From the NCBI GenBank assembly GCA_043803685.1, contig JAZDJU010000037.1:1-64000 (forward strand): 64,000 nucleotides of DNA, in the 5' to 3' direction. This stretch comes from Candidatus Omnitrophota bacterium (GTDB lineage: Bacteria > Omnitrophota > Omnitrophia > Omnitrophales > Aquincolibacteriaceae). This document shows, piece after piece, positions 1 to 8,668 of the stretch. Both the position numbers and the translations under genes were made by a program. Numbering within the stretch: the stretch's first letter is position 1; each line of letters begins with the position of its first letter. The notes under the pieces are model-generated. The model saw only the letters and a list, made by a program, of their open reading frames with translations, was not told the origin of the DNA and ran no database searches.

Positions 1-320
1 TCCCCTTTTTCGAGGTTCGTGAGAATGCCGGCCAGATCCCCTGCCCGCTCGAGCACGGGCCCTGAGATCTGATGGATCTTGGCGTTCATCTTATTGGCGA
101 TGATATTGGCGAGCGTCGTTTTCCCGAGCCCCGGAGGCCCAAAAAGAAGGATGTGATCGAGCGATTCCTGGCGGCCGAGCGCGGCCTCCACGAAAACCTT
201 GAGGTTCTCCTTCACCTGCGTTTGGCCGATGAATTCATCAAGCGTGGCCGGACGGAGTGTGACCTCGATCTCGACCTCTTCCGGCTTGAATTCCTGATCT
301 AGCATTCTGTCGTCTACCAT
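1..320 (-). CDS. ruvB: Holliday junction branch migration ATPase RuvB (5' part; runs off window start)
   Basis: Manual translation from ATG at 320: [33 protein letters not shown]...[22 protein letters not shown]...[24 protein letters not shown] upstream; follows ruvA. Confidence 0.97.
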   Translation of the reverse strand, partial: MVDDRMLDQEFKPEEVEIEVTLRPATLDEFIGQTQVKENLKVFVEAALGRQESLDHILLFGPPGLGKTTLANIIANKMNAKIHQISGPVLERAGDLAGILTNLEKG

Positions 321-329
321 ATGACTCCA

Positions 330-403
330 AGTTCGGAGTAATGAGTTCGGGGTTGGGAGAAAAAACTTTTACTCCGAACTCCAGTCTCAGGACTCACGAC
401 TGT
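330..403. repeat. Heptad-based intergenic palindrome
   Basis: AGTTCGGAGTAA (330-341) and TTACTCCGAACT (369-380) form an inverted pair, with degenerate 7-nt units (gagttcg gggttgg; actccga actccag tctcagg actcacg). Confidence 0.65.
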
Positions 404-404
404 A

Positions 405-1007
405 CTATACGTGCTTCAGCGCCGCGCGGATGATCTCTTCCACGGATGGCTTCTTCCCTTGCAAGGCTTTCAACGTTTTTTGGATGGCGTCCTTGGCCTT
501 GGGTTTGGTATAACCCAGCGACACTAGCGCTAGCATCGAATCTTCGACCATTTGGTCGGAAACGCTCGCGTCATGGATCAGCTCTTGACCGGCCGAGATC
601 TCCGCCTTGCCGATCTTGTCCTTGAGCTCAATGATCACACGCTCGGCGGTCTTCTGCCCGATGCCGGAAATGGCAGTCAGCACGGGAATGTTCTTTTCCT
701 GGATCGCGCGTTTCAGTTCCGGAAGCGTGACGCCGGAAAGCAGCGTGATCGCGAGCTTCGGCCCGATCCCGGAAATGGAAATAAGAAGCCGGAAGGCTTC
801 GCGTTCTTCTTCGGTCGCGAAACCGTAAAGCAACTGGGCGTCCTCGCGCACGACAAAATGCGTAAAAAGTTTCACGCTCTCACCGAGGTTCGGAAGGCTC
901 GAGAACGTGGAAAGCGACACGCGGACCTCGTAACCGATCCCGTTCACGTCCAGGATCACCGCGACCGGCGTTTTCTCCGAGATCTTTCCGTTCAAGTAGT
1001 GGTACAT
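405..1007 (-). CDS. ruvA: Holliday junction DNA-binding protein RuvA
   Basis: MYHYLNGKI...DVNGIGYEV...VREDAQLLYGF...ISGIGPKLA...GIGQKTAERVIIELKDK...ALVSLGY. Start moved to the MYHYL ATG. Confidence 0.97.
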   Translation of the reverse strand: MYHYLNGKISEKTPVAVILDVNGIGYEVRVSLSTFSSLPNLGESVKLFTHFVVREDAQLLYGFATEEEREAFRLLISISGIGPKLAITLLSGVTLPELKRAIQEKNIPVLTAISGIGQKTAERVIIELKDKIGKAEISAGQELIHDASVSDQMVEDSMLALVSLGYTKPKAKDAIQKTLKALQGKKPSVEEIIRAALKHV

Positions 1008-1483
1008 AAAACCTTTCGTTTGGAAGAATGCAAATGACACATCGCGATGGCTAGGGCGTCCGAGGCATCGAGCGCCGGCGCCTCCGTCAAATTCAAGAGC
1101 CTCTTGACCATGAATTGCACCTGCTGCTTCGCCGCGCGGCCGTTACCCGTGACCGATTTTTTTACCGCGGTCGGGGCGTATTCTATCACTTCAATGCCTT
1201 GTTTAGAAGCCGCGAGCATGGCGCAGGCCCGCGCCTCGCCGATCCGCTCGACAGCGCGGATGTCCTTGGCGAAAAAAAGCGTCTCAAGCGCCACCACATC
1301 GGGCTTGTAACTAAGGATATTTTTCTGAAGGGATTCAAAAATATGAAGAAGGCGTTTGGCGATCGGGTCTTTGGAAGCGGCACGGATGGTGCCGCAGATC
1401 ACGATCTTGTAGTCCCGGCCGTTGGACTCCAGGATCCCAAAACCCGTCCGGTGAGTGCCGGGATCAACACCCATCACGCGCAT
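992..1483 (-). CDS. ruvC: Crossover junction endodeoxyribonuclease RuvC
   Basis: MRVMGVDPG...VALETLFF...VKKSVTGNGRAAKQQV...DASDALAIAMCH. GGAG SD before the ATG at 1483. Confidence 0.97.
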   Translation of the reverse strand: MRVMGVDPGTHRTGFGILESNGRDYKIVICGTIRAASKDPIAKRLLHIFESLQKNILSYKPDVVALETLFFAKDIRAVERIGEARACAMLAASKQGIEVIEYAPTAVKKSVTGNGRAAKQQVQFMVKRLLNLTEAPALDASDALAIAMCHLHSSKRKVLCTTT

Positions 1484-1501
1484 AGATACTCCCCAAAGGA
1501 A

Positions 1502-1538
1502 AAAGGGGACAGGCATTCAGTCAATGCCTGTCCCCTTT
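1502..1538. repeat. REP-like palindrome, GGGACAG family, copy 1 (possible terminator)
   Basis: AAAGGGGACAGGCATT-cagtc-AATGCCTGTCCCCTTT, a perfect 16-bp stem. Confidence 0.8.
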
Positions 1539-1559
1539 GAAAATCTGTTCTGAATGAAC

Positions 1560-2309
1560 TCAACCGGCCAATTCCTTCATCACTTCTTCCGGGATATCCG
1601 CATTCGAATAAACATTTTGAACGTCGTCGTGCTCCTCGAGCGCCCCGATCAGATGCACCACCTTGCGGCCGGTATCCGCCGAAACACTGACGAGGTTCTT
1701 GGGGATCATGGTGAGATTCGCGCTTTCGATCTTGATCTTCGCTTTTTCAATCGCCTCCCGGACCGTCCAGAGGTCCTGGGGCGCGGTCGTCACTTCGAAC
1801 ATCTGGTCGGTCGAGGTCATGTCTTCAGCCCCGGCGCCGATCGCGAGCTCCATCAACTGATCTTCGGTCGTCGCGCTTTTTTGAATCACGATAAAACCCT
1901 TCTTCTCGAACATCCACGCCACGGTGCCGGCGCTTCCCATATTGCCACCGTTCTTGTTAAAGAGGCTCCGGATCTCGGAAGCGGTCCGGTTCTTGTTATC
2001 CGTAAGACACGCCACTAGCACTGCCGCGCCTTCGGGCCCGAACCCTTCGTAGGAGATCTCCTCGTAGGTCACGCCTTCCAACTCACCCGTTCCTTTTTTG
2101 ATCGCGCGCTCGATGTTGTCGGCCGGCATGTTGGAATCTTTGGCGGACTGGATAGCGGTACGAAGCCGCGGGTTGGTGTTCAGGTCCCCGCCCCCCGTTT
2201 TCGCCGCAACCGTGATCTCGCGGATGAACTTCGTAAAGACCTGGCCGCGTTTGGCGTCCACGATGGCCTTCTTATGTTTGATACTCGCCCACTTTGAATG
2301 TCCTGACAT
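1560..2309 (-). CDS. yebC: YebC/PmpR family protein
   Basis: MSGHSKWASIKHKK...NPRLR...YEGFGPEG...LTDNKNRT...LEEHDDVQNVYSN; canonical position upstream of ruvCAB. Confidence 0.97.
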   Translation of the reverse strand: MSGHSKWASIKHKKAIVDAKRGQVFTKFIREITVAAKTGGGDLNTNPRLRTAIQSAKDSNMPADNIERAIKKGTGELEGVTYEEISYEGFGPEGAAVLVACLTDNKNRTASEIRSLFNKNGGNMGSAGTVAWMFEKKGFIVIQKSATTEDQLMELAIGAGAEDMTSTDQMFEVTTAPQDLWTVREAIEKAKIKIESANLTMIPKNLVSVSADTGRKVVHLIGALEEHDDVQNVYSNADIPEEVMKELAG

Positions 2310-2314
2310 AATTC

Positions 2315-2417
2315 ACCCCGTTAGAGTCTTTACTGAATTTAAAAAATGTTTAACCTGTAAAATCTTTAAAAAATATTCTACGTCTCCCGCCAAGGTCACT
2401 TGAGACTCTAACGGGGT
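2315..2417. mobile_element. MITE-like ~100-bp element with terminal inverted repeats, copy 1
   Basis: Perfect 15-bp inverted repeat ACCCCGTTAGAGTCT (2315-2329) / AGACTCTAACGGGGT (2403-2417) around an AT-rich interior. The same ends recur at 40663 and 56590. Confidence 0.65.
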
Positions 2418-3250
2418 TAATCTCCTCTGATGGCTTCTGTCATAAGAACAACATCCCGCATCGCGCCCGGCTCATGCACCCGGAGGATCTGAACACCCGC
2501 CCTGACACATGCCGCAACGCATGCCGCAGTTCCGAAAACCCGGGCTTCCGTCTCGCGACCCGTCACTTTCCCGATAAAAGACTTTTGGGAGGGCCCCGCA
2601 AGCACCGGAAAACCGAGTTCGTGAAATGTTCTTATATTTCTTAAAATTTCAATGTTCTGTTCCGCGGTCTTTGCGAAACCAAGCCCCGGATCAACCACGA
2701 TCCTCTCGGCCTCGATCCCGGCGTCCACGGCGATCCGGACACTTTCGCGAAGCTCGTTCATGACGTCCCTCACAAGATCGCCGTATTCCGTCAAGGTCTG
2801 CATCGTTTCCGGGTTCCCGCGACTGTGCATCATGACAAGTCCCGCGGAAAACTTTTTTACGACCTTCACCATCTCAGGCCCGGAGCGTTTGAGCCCACTC
2901 ACGTCATTGATGATATCGGCGCCCGCCTCAAGACACTTTCTAGCGACTTCCGGACTGACCGTATCGATCGAGATCGGCACCGCGACTTCTCTGCGGATCC
3001 GTTTCAAGACCGGCAGGAGTCGCTCCCATTCTTCACGTTCGGTGACCGATGCGGCTCCCGGCCGCGTGGACTGGGCTCCCAGATCCAGAATATCCGCCCC
3101 GTCCCCCACGAGCTTTAAGGCCCGCGCGCTGGCGGCCTCCGGTTCCAGGTAACGACCGCCGTCAGAAAAAGAATCCGGCGTGATGTTCAGGATCCCCATG
3201 AGAAGGGTCCGGCTAAAAGAAACGGCGCTCTGACGGATCTTCCAGATCAA
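2417..3250 (-). CDS. folP: Dihydropteroate synthase
   Basis: MGILNITPDSFSDGG, DLGAQSTRPGA, ISIDT, INDVSG, VDPGLGFAK, SQKSFIG, LRVHE motifs. Start overlaps the ftsH stop. Confidence 0.96.
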   Translation of the reverse strand: MIWKIRQSAVSFSRTLLMGILNITPDSFSDGGRYLEPEAASARALKLVGDGADILDLGAQSTRPGAASVTEREEWERLLPVLKRIRREVAVPISIDTVSPEVARKCLEAGADIINDVSGLKRSGPEMVKVVKKFSAGLVMMHSRGNPETMQTLTEYGDLVRDVMNELRESVRIAVDAGIEAERIVVDPGLGFAKTAEQNIEILRNIRTFHELGFPVLAGPSQKSFIGKVTGRETEARVFGTAACVAACVRAGVQILRVHEPGAMRDVVLMTEAIRGD

Positions 3251-5199
3251 GCGATGGGCTTTCCGATCTCTGGAACCCCATTCCCGTTCTCGGGAAGTGA
3301 AACCCCTTGGAGTCCGGTGATCTTTTTGATCTCGTCGGCATCGATCACTTCTTTTTCAAGCAGCACGTTCATCAGAAGGATGAGCTTATCCTGGTTCTGT
3401 TTCAGAAGTTCGGTCGCCCGAGCGTAACAACCATCCACGATCCTGCGGACCTCGCCATCGATCAAGACCGCCGTCTGTTCGGAATAATCTTTTTCGCGCA
3501 TCAGATCGCGGCCTAAGAAAACCTGCCGGTCCTTTTTGCCGAACGTCAGGTGCCCAAGCTTGTCGCTCATGCCAAGCTCACAGACCATGGTCTGCGCGTA
3601 ATGCGTCGCCTTCTCAAGATCGTCCGAGGCACCGGAAGAAATTTCTTTAAAGTAGATCTGTTCCGCGACACGGCCGCCCAGAAGCACCGTGATACGATCC
3701 AGGATCTCGGTCTGGGTGATCAAATTACGATCCTCGTCCGGGACTTGGAGCGTGTAGCCTCCAATGCCATACCCTCGAGGAATAATGGAAACTTTATGCA
3801 CCGGATCGGCTCCGGGAAGTAGCAACGCGATCAAGGTATGTCCGGATTCATGAACCGCTTTGATCTTCTTTTCACGCTTAGAAATAACGCGGCTCTTGCG
3901 CTCCGGCCCGACCATCACGCGCTCGATGGATTGTTCCAGCTCAGGCTGACCCACAAATTCCAGTTTCCGCCGCGCGCCGAGAAGAGCGCCTTCGTTCACG
4001 AGATTCGCAAGGTCCGCCCCTGAAAAACCGGGGGTCTGCCGCGCGATCTTCGCAAGGTCGACGTTCGGTCCAAGCCGCACGCCTTTGGCGTGAACTTTCA
4101 AAATTTCTTCACGTCCCTTGATATCGGGCCGTTCGATCACGACCTGGCGGTCGAAGCGTCCCGGCCTGAGAAGCGCGGGATCGAGCACATCCGGACGATT
4201 GGTCGATGCGATCAGAATCACACCGATATGCGTGTCGAATCCGTCCATTTCCACCAAAAGCGCGTTCAAGGTTTGTTCGCGTTCATCATGTCCGCCGCCG
4301 ATCCCGGCAAAACGCTGACGGCCTACCGCGTCGATCTCATCGATAAAAATGATCGCGCCTTTACCGCCGGCCTTGGCCGCACGTTTAGCTTGCTCAAAAA
4401 GATCCCGCACGCGCGCGGCGCCGACACCGACGAACATCTCCACAAAATCCGACCCACTGATGGAATAAAAAGGAACCTCGGCTTCGCCGGCCACCGCCTT
4501 CGCGAGAAGCGTCTTCCCCGTTCCCGGAGGTCCCATTAAAAGAACCCCTTTGGGGATCTTCCCGCCAAGTTTCTGGAACCGGGGAGGGTCTTTTAAGAAT
4601 TCGATGATCTCCTGCAATTCATCCTTGGCCTCATCCACGCCCGCCACATCCTTGAACGTGATCGGGCTTTTTTCCTTATCGACGAGCTTGGCGCGTGATT
4701 TTCCGAACGAGAAGACCTTGCCACCGCCTTGCTGGACGCCACGGTAGACGAAAAACCAGAAAAACCCGATCAAAAGAAGCGTCGGGAATATTCCCGCGAA
4801 GAAATTACGCCAAAAAGTCTGCGGCGGACTAATCGTGAAATTCGCGACGTTCTTCCGGATCAGTGGAAGGAGCTCCGGATCATTGAAGGGAATATGGACC
4901 TGAAAATAAGAAAGCGTGGTGAGCTTCCCCTGGATCACATTATCCACCAACTCGCAGGAAAGGATCTCGCCGGTCTCGGGATTGCGCGTCAGCATCCTGT
5001 AGAATTCGGAATAGCTGATCTCCTTGAGCTCGAAGCCCGGGAATACAAAGACCTGAAGCACGAGAAAGATCGCCAGCGGGATCAGAAAAAGCGCGAACAA
5101 CCGTTTCCGGTCTGGTTCCCCTTGAGGGACGGGCGGTTTCTTACCGTCCTTGGGTCTCGGTGCGCTCTTTTTGGGCTTACCAGTGGCAGGAGTCGTCAT
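3247..5199 (-). CDS. ftsH: ATP-dependent zinc metalloprotease FtsH
   Basis: Two TM segments, GPPGTGKT Walker A, IIFIDEID Walker [13 protein letters not shown] and HESGH zinc motif. Alternative GTG start at 5208. Confidence 0.97.
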   Translation of the reverse strand: MTTPATGKPKKSAPRPKDGKKPPVPQGEPDRKRLFALFLIPLAIFLVLQVFVFPGFELKEISYSEFYRMLTRNPETGEILSCELVDNVIQGKLTTLSYFQVHIPFNDPELLPLIRKNVANFTISPPQTFWRNFFAGIFPTLLLIGFFWFFVYRGVQQGGGKVFSFGKSRAKLVDKEKSPITFKDVAGVDEAKDELQEIIEFLKDPPRFQKLGGKIPKGVLLMGPPGTGKTLLAKAVAGEAEVPFYSISGSDFVEMFVGVGAARVRDLFEQAKRAAKAGGKGAIIFIDEIDAVGRQRFAGIGGGHDEREQTLNALLVEMDGFDTHIGVILIASTNRPDVLDPALLRPGRFDRQVVIERPDIKGREEILKVHAKGVRLGPNVDLAKIARQTPGFSGADLANLVNEGALLGARRKLEFVGQPELEQSIERVMVGPERKSRVISKREKKIKAVHESGHTLIALLLPGADPVHKVSIIPRGYGIGGYTLQVPDEDRNLITQTEILDRITVLLGGRVAEQIYFKEISSGASDDLEKATHYAQTMVCELGMSDKLGHLTFGKKDRQVFLGRDLMREKDYSEQTAVLIDGEVRRIVDGCYARATELLKQNQDKLILLMNVLLEKEVIDADEIKKITGLQGVSLPENGNGVPEIGKPIA

Positions 5200-5245
5200 A
5201 AAAATCACGGATCTCGATTGTTTTTTTACAGAAAAAAGGAGCCGT

Positions 5246-5274
5246 AGTTTAGCACGCAGAATTCAAGATATCAA
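5246..5274 (-). promoter_or_regulatory. Putative sigma70 promoter for ftsH-folP
   Basis: TTGATA-17 nt-TAAACT with an extended TG on the minus strand. Confidence 0.5.
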
Positions 5275-5280
5275 ATCGGA

Positions 5281-6297
5281 TTATACGCGCCAGAACTTCT
5301 TGTAAATCGTTACCTTTTTGGAGGTTAGCGCAAGATCAATGTCTTTGGGAAGCGAACAACAATAACGAGTTCGCCTGAGACCTCGACGGATCCGCTCCCA
5401 GGCTTCAAACGAGAGTCCGCTTCGTTTGTCTAGCTTCTTCAGGGCTTTTTCCACGATGCGAAATTGAAGCGCTCCAGGGAATTTAAGGAAAAGCCGGCGG
5501 TCGAGCTCCACTTCTCCGCCACGCTTCTTTTTGAACACTTTCTTCCAGGCTTTCTCTTCGAGTTCCGCGATCAATGCGCTCTCCCAAGCCACGATCGTGG
5601 GAACGCGCGCGAGAGCCTCAACCACCCTCGGATTGAAATCACGTTGAAGCCACGGGAGGAGCTTCGCGCGAATACGATTCCGGACGAATCGCAGGGAATC
5701 GTTCGATCGGTCCAACCGGAACGGGATCCGTTCTCGCGAGAGATAATGCAACAGCTCCTTCTTGGCGAAAACAAGGAGCGGGCGAACCCAGGTCACGCGC
5801 TCCCTTTTAAACTTTTCACGGATCCCTTGAAGCCCCCTCAGCCCGGTCCCCTGAAGGACCCGCATCAGCACGGTTTCTGCCTGGTCGTTCCGCGTATGGG
5901 CTAATGCGACCGCTTGATATTTTTTCATTCGCGCGATGCGGAGGAAAAAGTCATAACGCATTTTTCGTGCGGCTTCCTCGATAGACATTTGGGTCCGTCT
6001 CGCCTCACGGGCGACGTTCCCCGCCCCCGAGAAAAAAGGAACTTTGTGTTTCCGCGCCAACTCTTTGACGAGTCGTTCGTCCTTTTCCGCATCGCCGGGG
6101 CGAAGCTGATGATTGAAATGGACGAGGCCGAGCTTCCAATGGAACTTGGGAGCAAGGGTGTGCAAAAGGCAGAAGAGTGCCACAGAGTCCGGGCCGCCCG
6201 AACAGGCAACAAGGATCTTCTGATGTTTTCTGAAAAGAGCCCTTTCCAGGAGATGGGTTTCAAGCCGCGAAAGAAGGCTGGGTGAGCTTTGGGCCAT
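5281..6297 (-). CDS. tilS: tRNA(Ile)-lysidine synthetase
   Basis: SGGPDS PP-loop, HFNHQLR, AARKMRY, AHTRNDQAET, RPLL, RNRIR motifs. Start placed at the ATG at 6297 (TTG at 6330 possible). Confidence 0.95.
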   Translation of the reverse strand: MAQSSPSLLSRLETHLLERALFRKHQKILVACSGGPDSVALFCLLHTLAPKFHWKLGLVHFNHQLRPGDAEKDERLVKELARKHKVPFFSGAGNVAREARRTQMSIEEAARKMRYDFFLRIARMKKYQAVALAHTRNDQAETVLMRVLQGTGLRGLQGIREKFKRERVTWVRPLLVFAKKELLHYLSRERIPFRLDRSNDSLRFVRNRIRAKLLPWLQRDFNPRVVEALARVPTIVAWESALIAELEEKAWKKVFKKKRGGEVELDRRLFLKFPGALQFRIVEKALKKLDKRSGLSFEAWERIRRGLRRTRYCCSLPKDIDLALTSKKVTIYKKFWRV

Positions 6298-6335
6298 GAG
6301 ATCCTTTGGCGTGATCTTTGTTCCCGTCAAATAAA

Positions 6336-6409
6336 TGCCGGGGGCCAGGATTGAACTGGCGACCTAGGGCTTATGAGTCCCTCGCTCTAGCCAACTGAGC
6401 TACCCCGGC
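6336..6409 (-). tRNA. tRNA with CAT anticodon (probably elongator Met; Ile2 not excluded), CCA not encoded
   Basis: GCCGGGG-TAGCTCAGTTGGCTAGAGC-GAGGGA-CTCATAA-GCCCT-AGGTC-GCCAG-TTCAATC-CTGGC-CCCCGGC-A folds into a cloverleaf. Confidence 0.95.
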
Positions 6410-6514
6410 ATGATAACCTTCAAAAGAAGAAAAACGAAAAATGAGCTCGCATGAGGACCCCCAGAGTCCTATACCGCTTGAGGCTGCCTCACACCCCTCA
6501 GCGTAAGGCCGCGT

Positions 6515-6544
6515 ATATTAGCACAGCTCCTTAGGAACGCACAA
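6515..6544 (-). promoter_or_regulatory. Putative promoter for tRNA-tilS
   Basis: TTGTGC-18 nt-TAATAT with an extended TG. Confidence 0.4.
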
Positions 6545-6694
6545 GCGCTGCATGGCGCAAGTCGCCCCTTAAAATTACGTCAAAATTGCGCACGGCTCTG
6601 AGAGCTTCCCTTTTCGAGAAATGGCCGGATCTTCTCTGAAGCGAAGGCCCAAATCTATCTTTACAGGACCCCCTTCAAGGCGTAGACTGAACCC

Positions 6695-7687
6695 ATGAAA
6701 CAGAAGGTCTCTTCTAAAATACCCGTCCAACATTCCCCTGTCGAAAAAGTGCAAGCGAACGCTATCATTTTTGACATCGATAATGTCTTGGTGGATACCC
6801 GTCAATCCTATCTTGAGGCTATCCGCGACACCGTTGAGCTTTACCTGACACACGGCCCCATCCCTTTTTTCAGCCGCACGCCCGGAGGCAAGTTCCCGAG
6901 CCTGCTGACCCCGGAGGATGTGGACCAGTTCAAGCTTTTGGGCGGATTTAACGACGACTGGGACTGCTGTTATGGTCTACTCGTCTATCTCTTGTCACTT
7001 CCGGTCAAGAACAGGACCCTGGAAGGGCTCAGAAAACTGGTCGCTGTCGAAAAATTCGCCAAGAGCGTCAAGCAGAGACCCCTCCGGGTCGCCGGCATCA
7101 CCGCGCTTTTCGGACGCCCCACGACCGTCACCATCGAAAAAGTGGCCCGGATCTTTCAAGAAGTCTATCTTGGGAAAGATATTTTCCCGCGCGTTACGAT
7201 GAACAGAATGCGCTATTGGAAGAAACGCGGCCTCATCCATCGCGAGAAACTCATTTTTAAACGTCCGATCCTTGAGAAACTCAAAAGCCATGGCCTGAAA
7301 CTCGGCATCGCGACGGGCCGGCCGCTCTATGAAGCCTCCCACGCTCTCAAGCATTTTGGCATTGCCGATCTCTTTGACGCGATGACAACCATGGACGACG
7401 TGAAAAAGGAAGAACGAGAGAAGAAAGAATCCCTTCGGAAGCCTCATCCCTTTTCCATCCTCAGGACCGCGCAGGCCCTCGGCGCGAAAAAAAAATTCCT
7501 TTACGTGGGGGACCTCCCTGACGATGTCCTCGCGGCGAACCGCGCGAAAGCCTCTCTTGCGATCCATTCCGTCGCTTTCCCGATGATGGCCACCAATCCT
7601 TTTCAGGCCGCGAAAGAATTGGAATCCGCGAAGCCTGATTTTCTCATCAAGACCCCCACCGATCTTTGCCGCCTTTTAAAGATCTAA
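6695..7687 (+). CDS. HAD-superfamily hydrolase
   Basis: IFDIDNVLVD (motif I), GIATGRP (motif II), KPHP (motif III), YVGDLPDD (motif IV); GGFNDDWD cap segment. Confidence 0.9.
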   Translation: MKQKVSSKIPVQHSPVEKVQANAIIFDIDNVLVDTRQSYLEAIRDTVELYLTHGPIPFFSRTPGGKFPSLLTPEDVDQFKLLGGFNDDWDCCYGLLVYLLSLPVKNRTLEGLRKLVAVEKFAKSVKQRPLRVAGITALFGRPTTVTIEKVARIFQEVYLGKDIFPRVTMNRMRYWKKRGLIHREKLIFKRPILEKLKSHGLKLGIATGRPLYEASHALKHFGIADLFDAMTTMDDVKKEEREKKESLRKPHPFSILRTAQALGAKKKFLYVGDLPDDVLAANRAKASLAIHSVAFPMMATNPFQAAKELESAKPDFLIKTPTDLCRLLKI

Positions 7688-7807
7688 CATTTTTTCCGAC
7701 TCTTTTTTCGACTCTCCGATTGCATTTCGCATGATCCAAAGTTAAAATCGCTACGTGTTCTTAAAAATCAAAAGAATTTCTTTGAAAGGCACGGCATCGA
7801 AAAAGCC

Positions 7808-8620
7808 ATGAAGATCTTTGCGATGCATTTGTTACTCCTCTCGTTTTTTTTCACGCCGGTGTCCTGGTCTGCCCAACCTCAGGACGCCCCGATGACAGCC
7901 GATGACCTGGCCTGCCTCCAAAAAATGATCTTCTTCAACGAATGTTCGAGCCGTCCCGAACGAATGCTCACTTGGAACGCTGACGAGGACTTTCCTTCCT
8001 TCGGACTCGGACATTTCATCTGGTACCCCCAGGGGGAAAAAGGTCCTTATCAGGCGCTGTTCCCGGAATTTCTGTTCTTTCTGGAGGCCCAGAAAGCGGC
8101 GATCCCGGAGTGGATCAAGGCTCTACCAACCCGCGAAGCTCCGTGGCAGAACCGCGAAGAATTCGTGAACGATCTTCCGAGCGAGCGAATGACCGTTTTA
8201 AAGGATTTCCTGGCCCAGACCCAAAACTTCCAAACTCAATTTATTATCCATAGGGTCAAAGGGATCCTTCCCCGGATGCTCGCAGCGGTCCCGGAGGAAA
8301 ACCGTCCCGAGATCGAATTGAAATTTAAAGAGATCGCGAATGCCCCTCGAGGCATGTTCGCTCTGATCGACTACGTGAATTTCAAAGGCGAAGGGACCCT
8401 GGAAACCGAGCGGACTCAGAAACAAGGCTGGGGACTTCTTCAGGTGCTCCAAGAGATGCGGACTCCCAAGAAGAAAGAAGAAGCGCTGGAAGAATTCGTT
8501 CGTGCGGCCAAAAAAGTCCTTGAGAACAGGGTCAAGAATGCCCCGCCCGAAAAAGATTGTTCTAAGCGTCTCGGAGGCTGGAAAACCCGGGTCAAGAATT
8601 ACCTGAGGATCAAGTGTTAG
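7808..8620 (+). CDS. Exported hypothetical protein, possible lysozyme-like fold
   Basis: Signal peptide followed by NEC...WN..E.FPSFGLGHFIWYP and ALIDYVNFKGEG. Confidence 0.75.
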   Translation: MKIFAMHLLLLSFFFTPVSWSAQPQDAPMTADDLACLQKMIFFNECSSRPERMLTWNADEDFPSFGLGHFIWYPQGEKGPYQALFPEFLFFLEAQKAAIPEWIKALPTREAPWQNREEFVNDLPSERMTVLKDFLAQTQNFQTQFIIHRVKGILPRMLAAVPEENRPEIELKFKEIANAPRGMFALIDYVNFKGEGTLETERTQKQGWGLLQVLQEMRTPKKKEEALEEFVRAAKKVLENRVKNAPPEKDCSKRLGGWKTRVKNYLRIKC

Positions 8621-8668
8621 CTCGGGAACGCGGGATGACGCAAGCGAAGTCCGACGGCGACAGAACCC

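Noticed and set aside
2315..2417. Integron attC interpretation of the GTTAGAG/CTCTAAC repeats
   Set aside because: The order is reversed relative to attC (RYYYAAC first, GTTRRRY last), the consensus is imperfect, the flanks are core genes and there is no integrase.
7487..7495. Poly-A tract in the HAD gene (and similar A8/T8 runs elsewhere)
   Set aside because: Short, in frame (Lys codons), with no frameshift.
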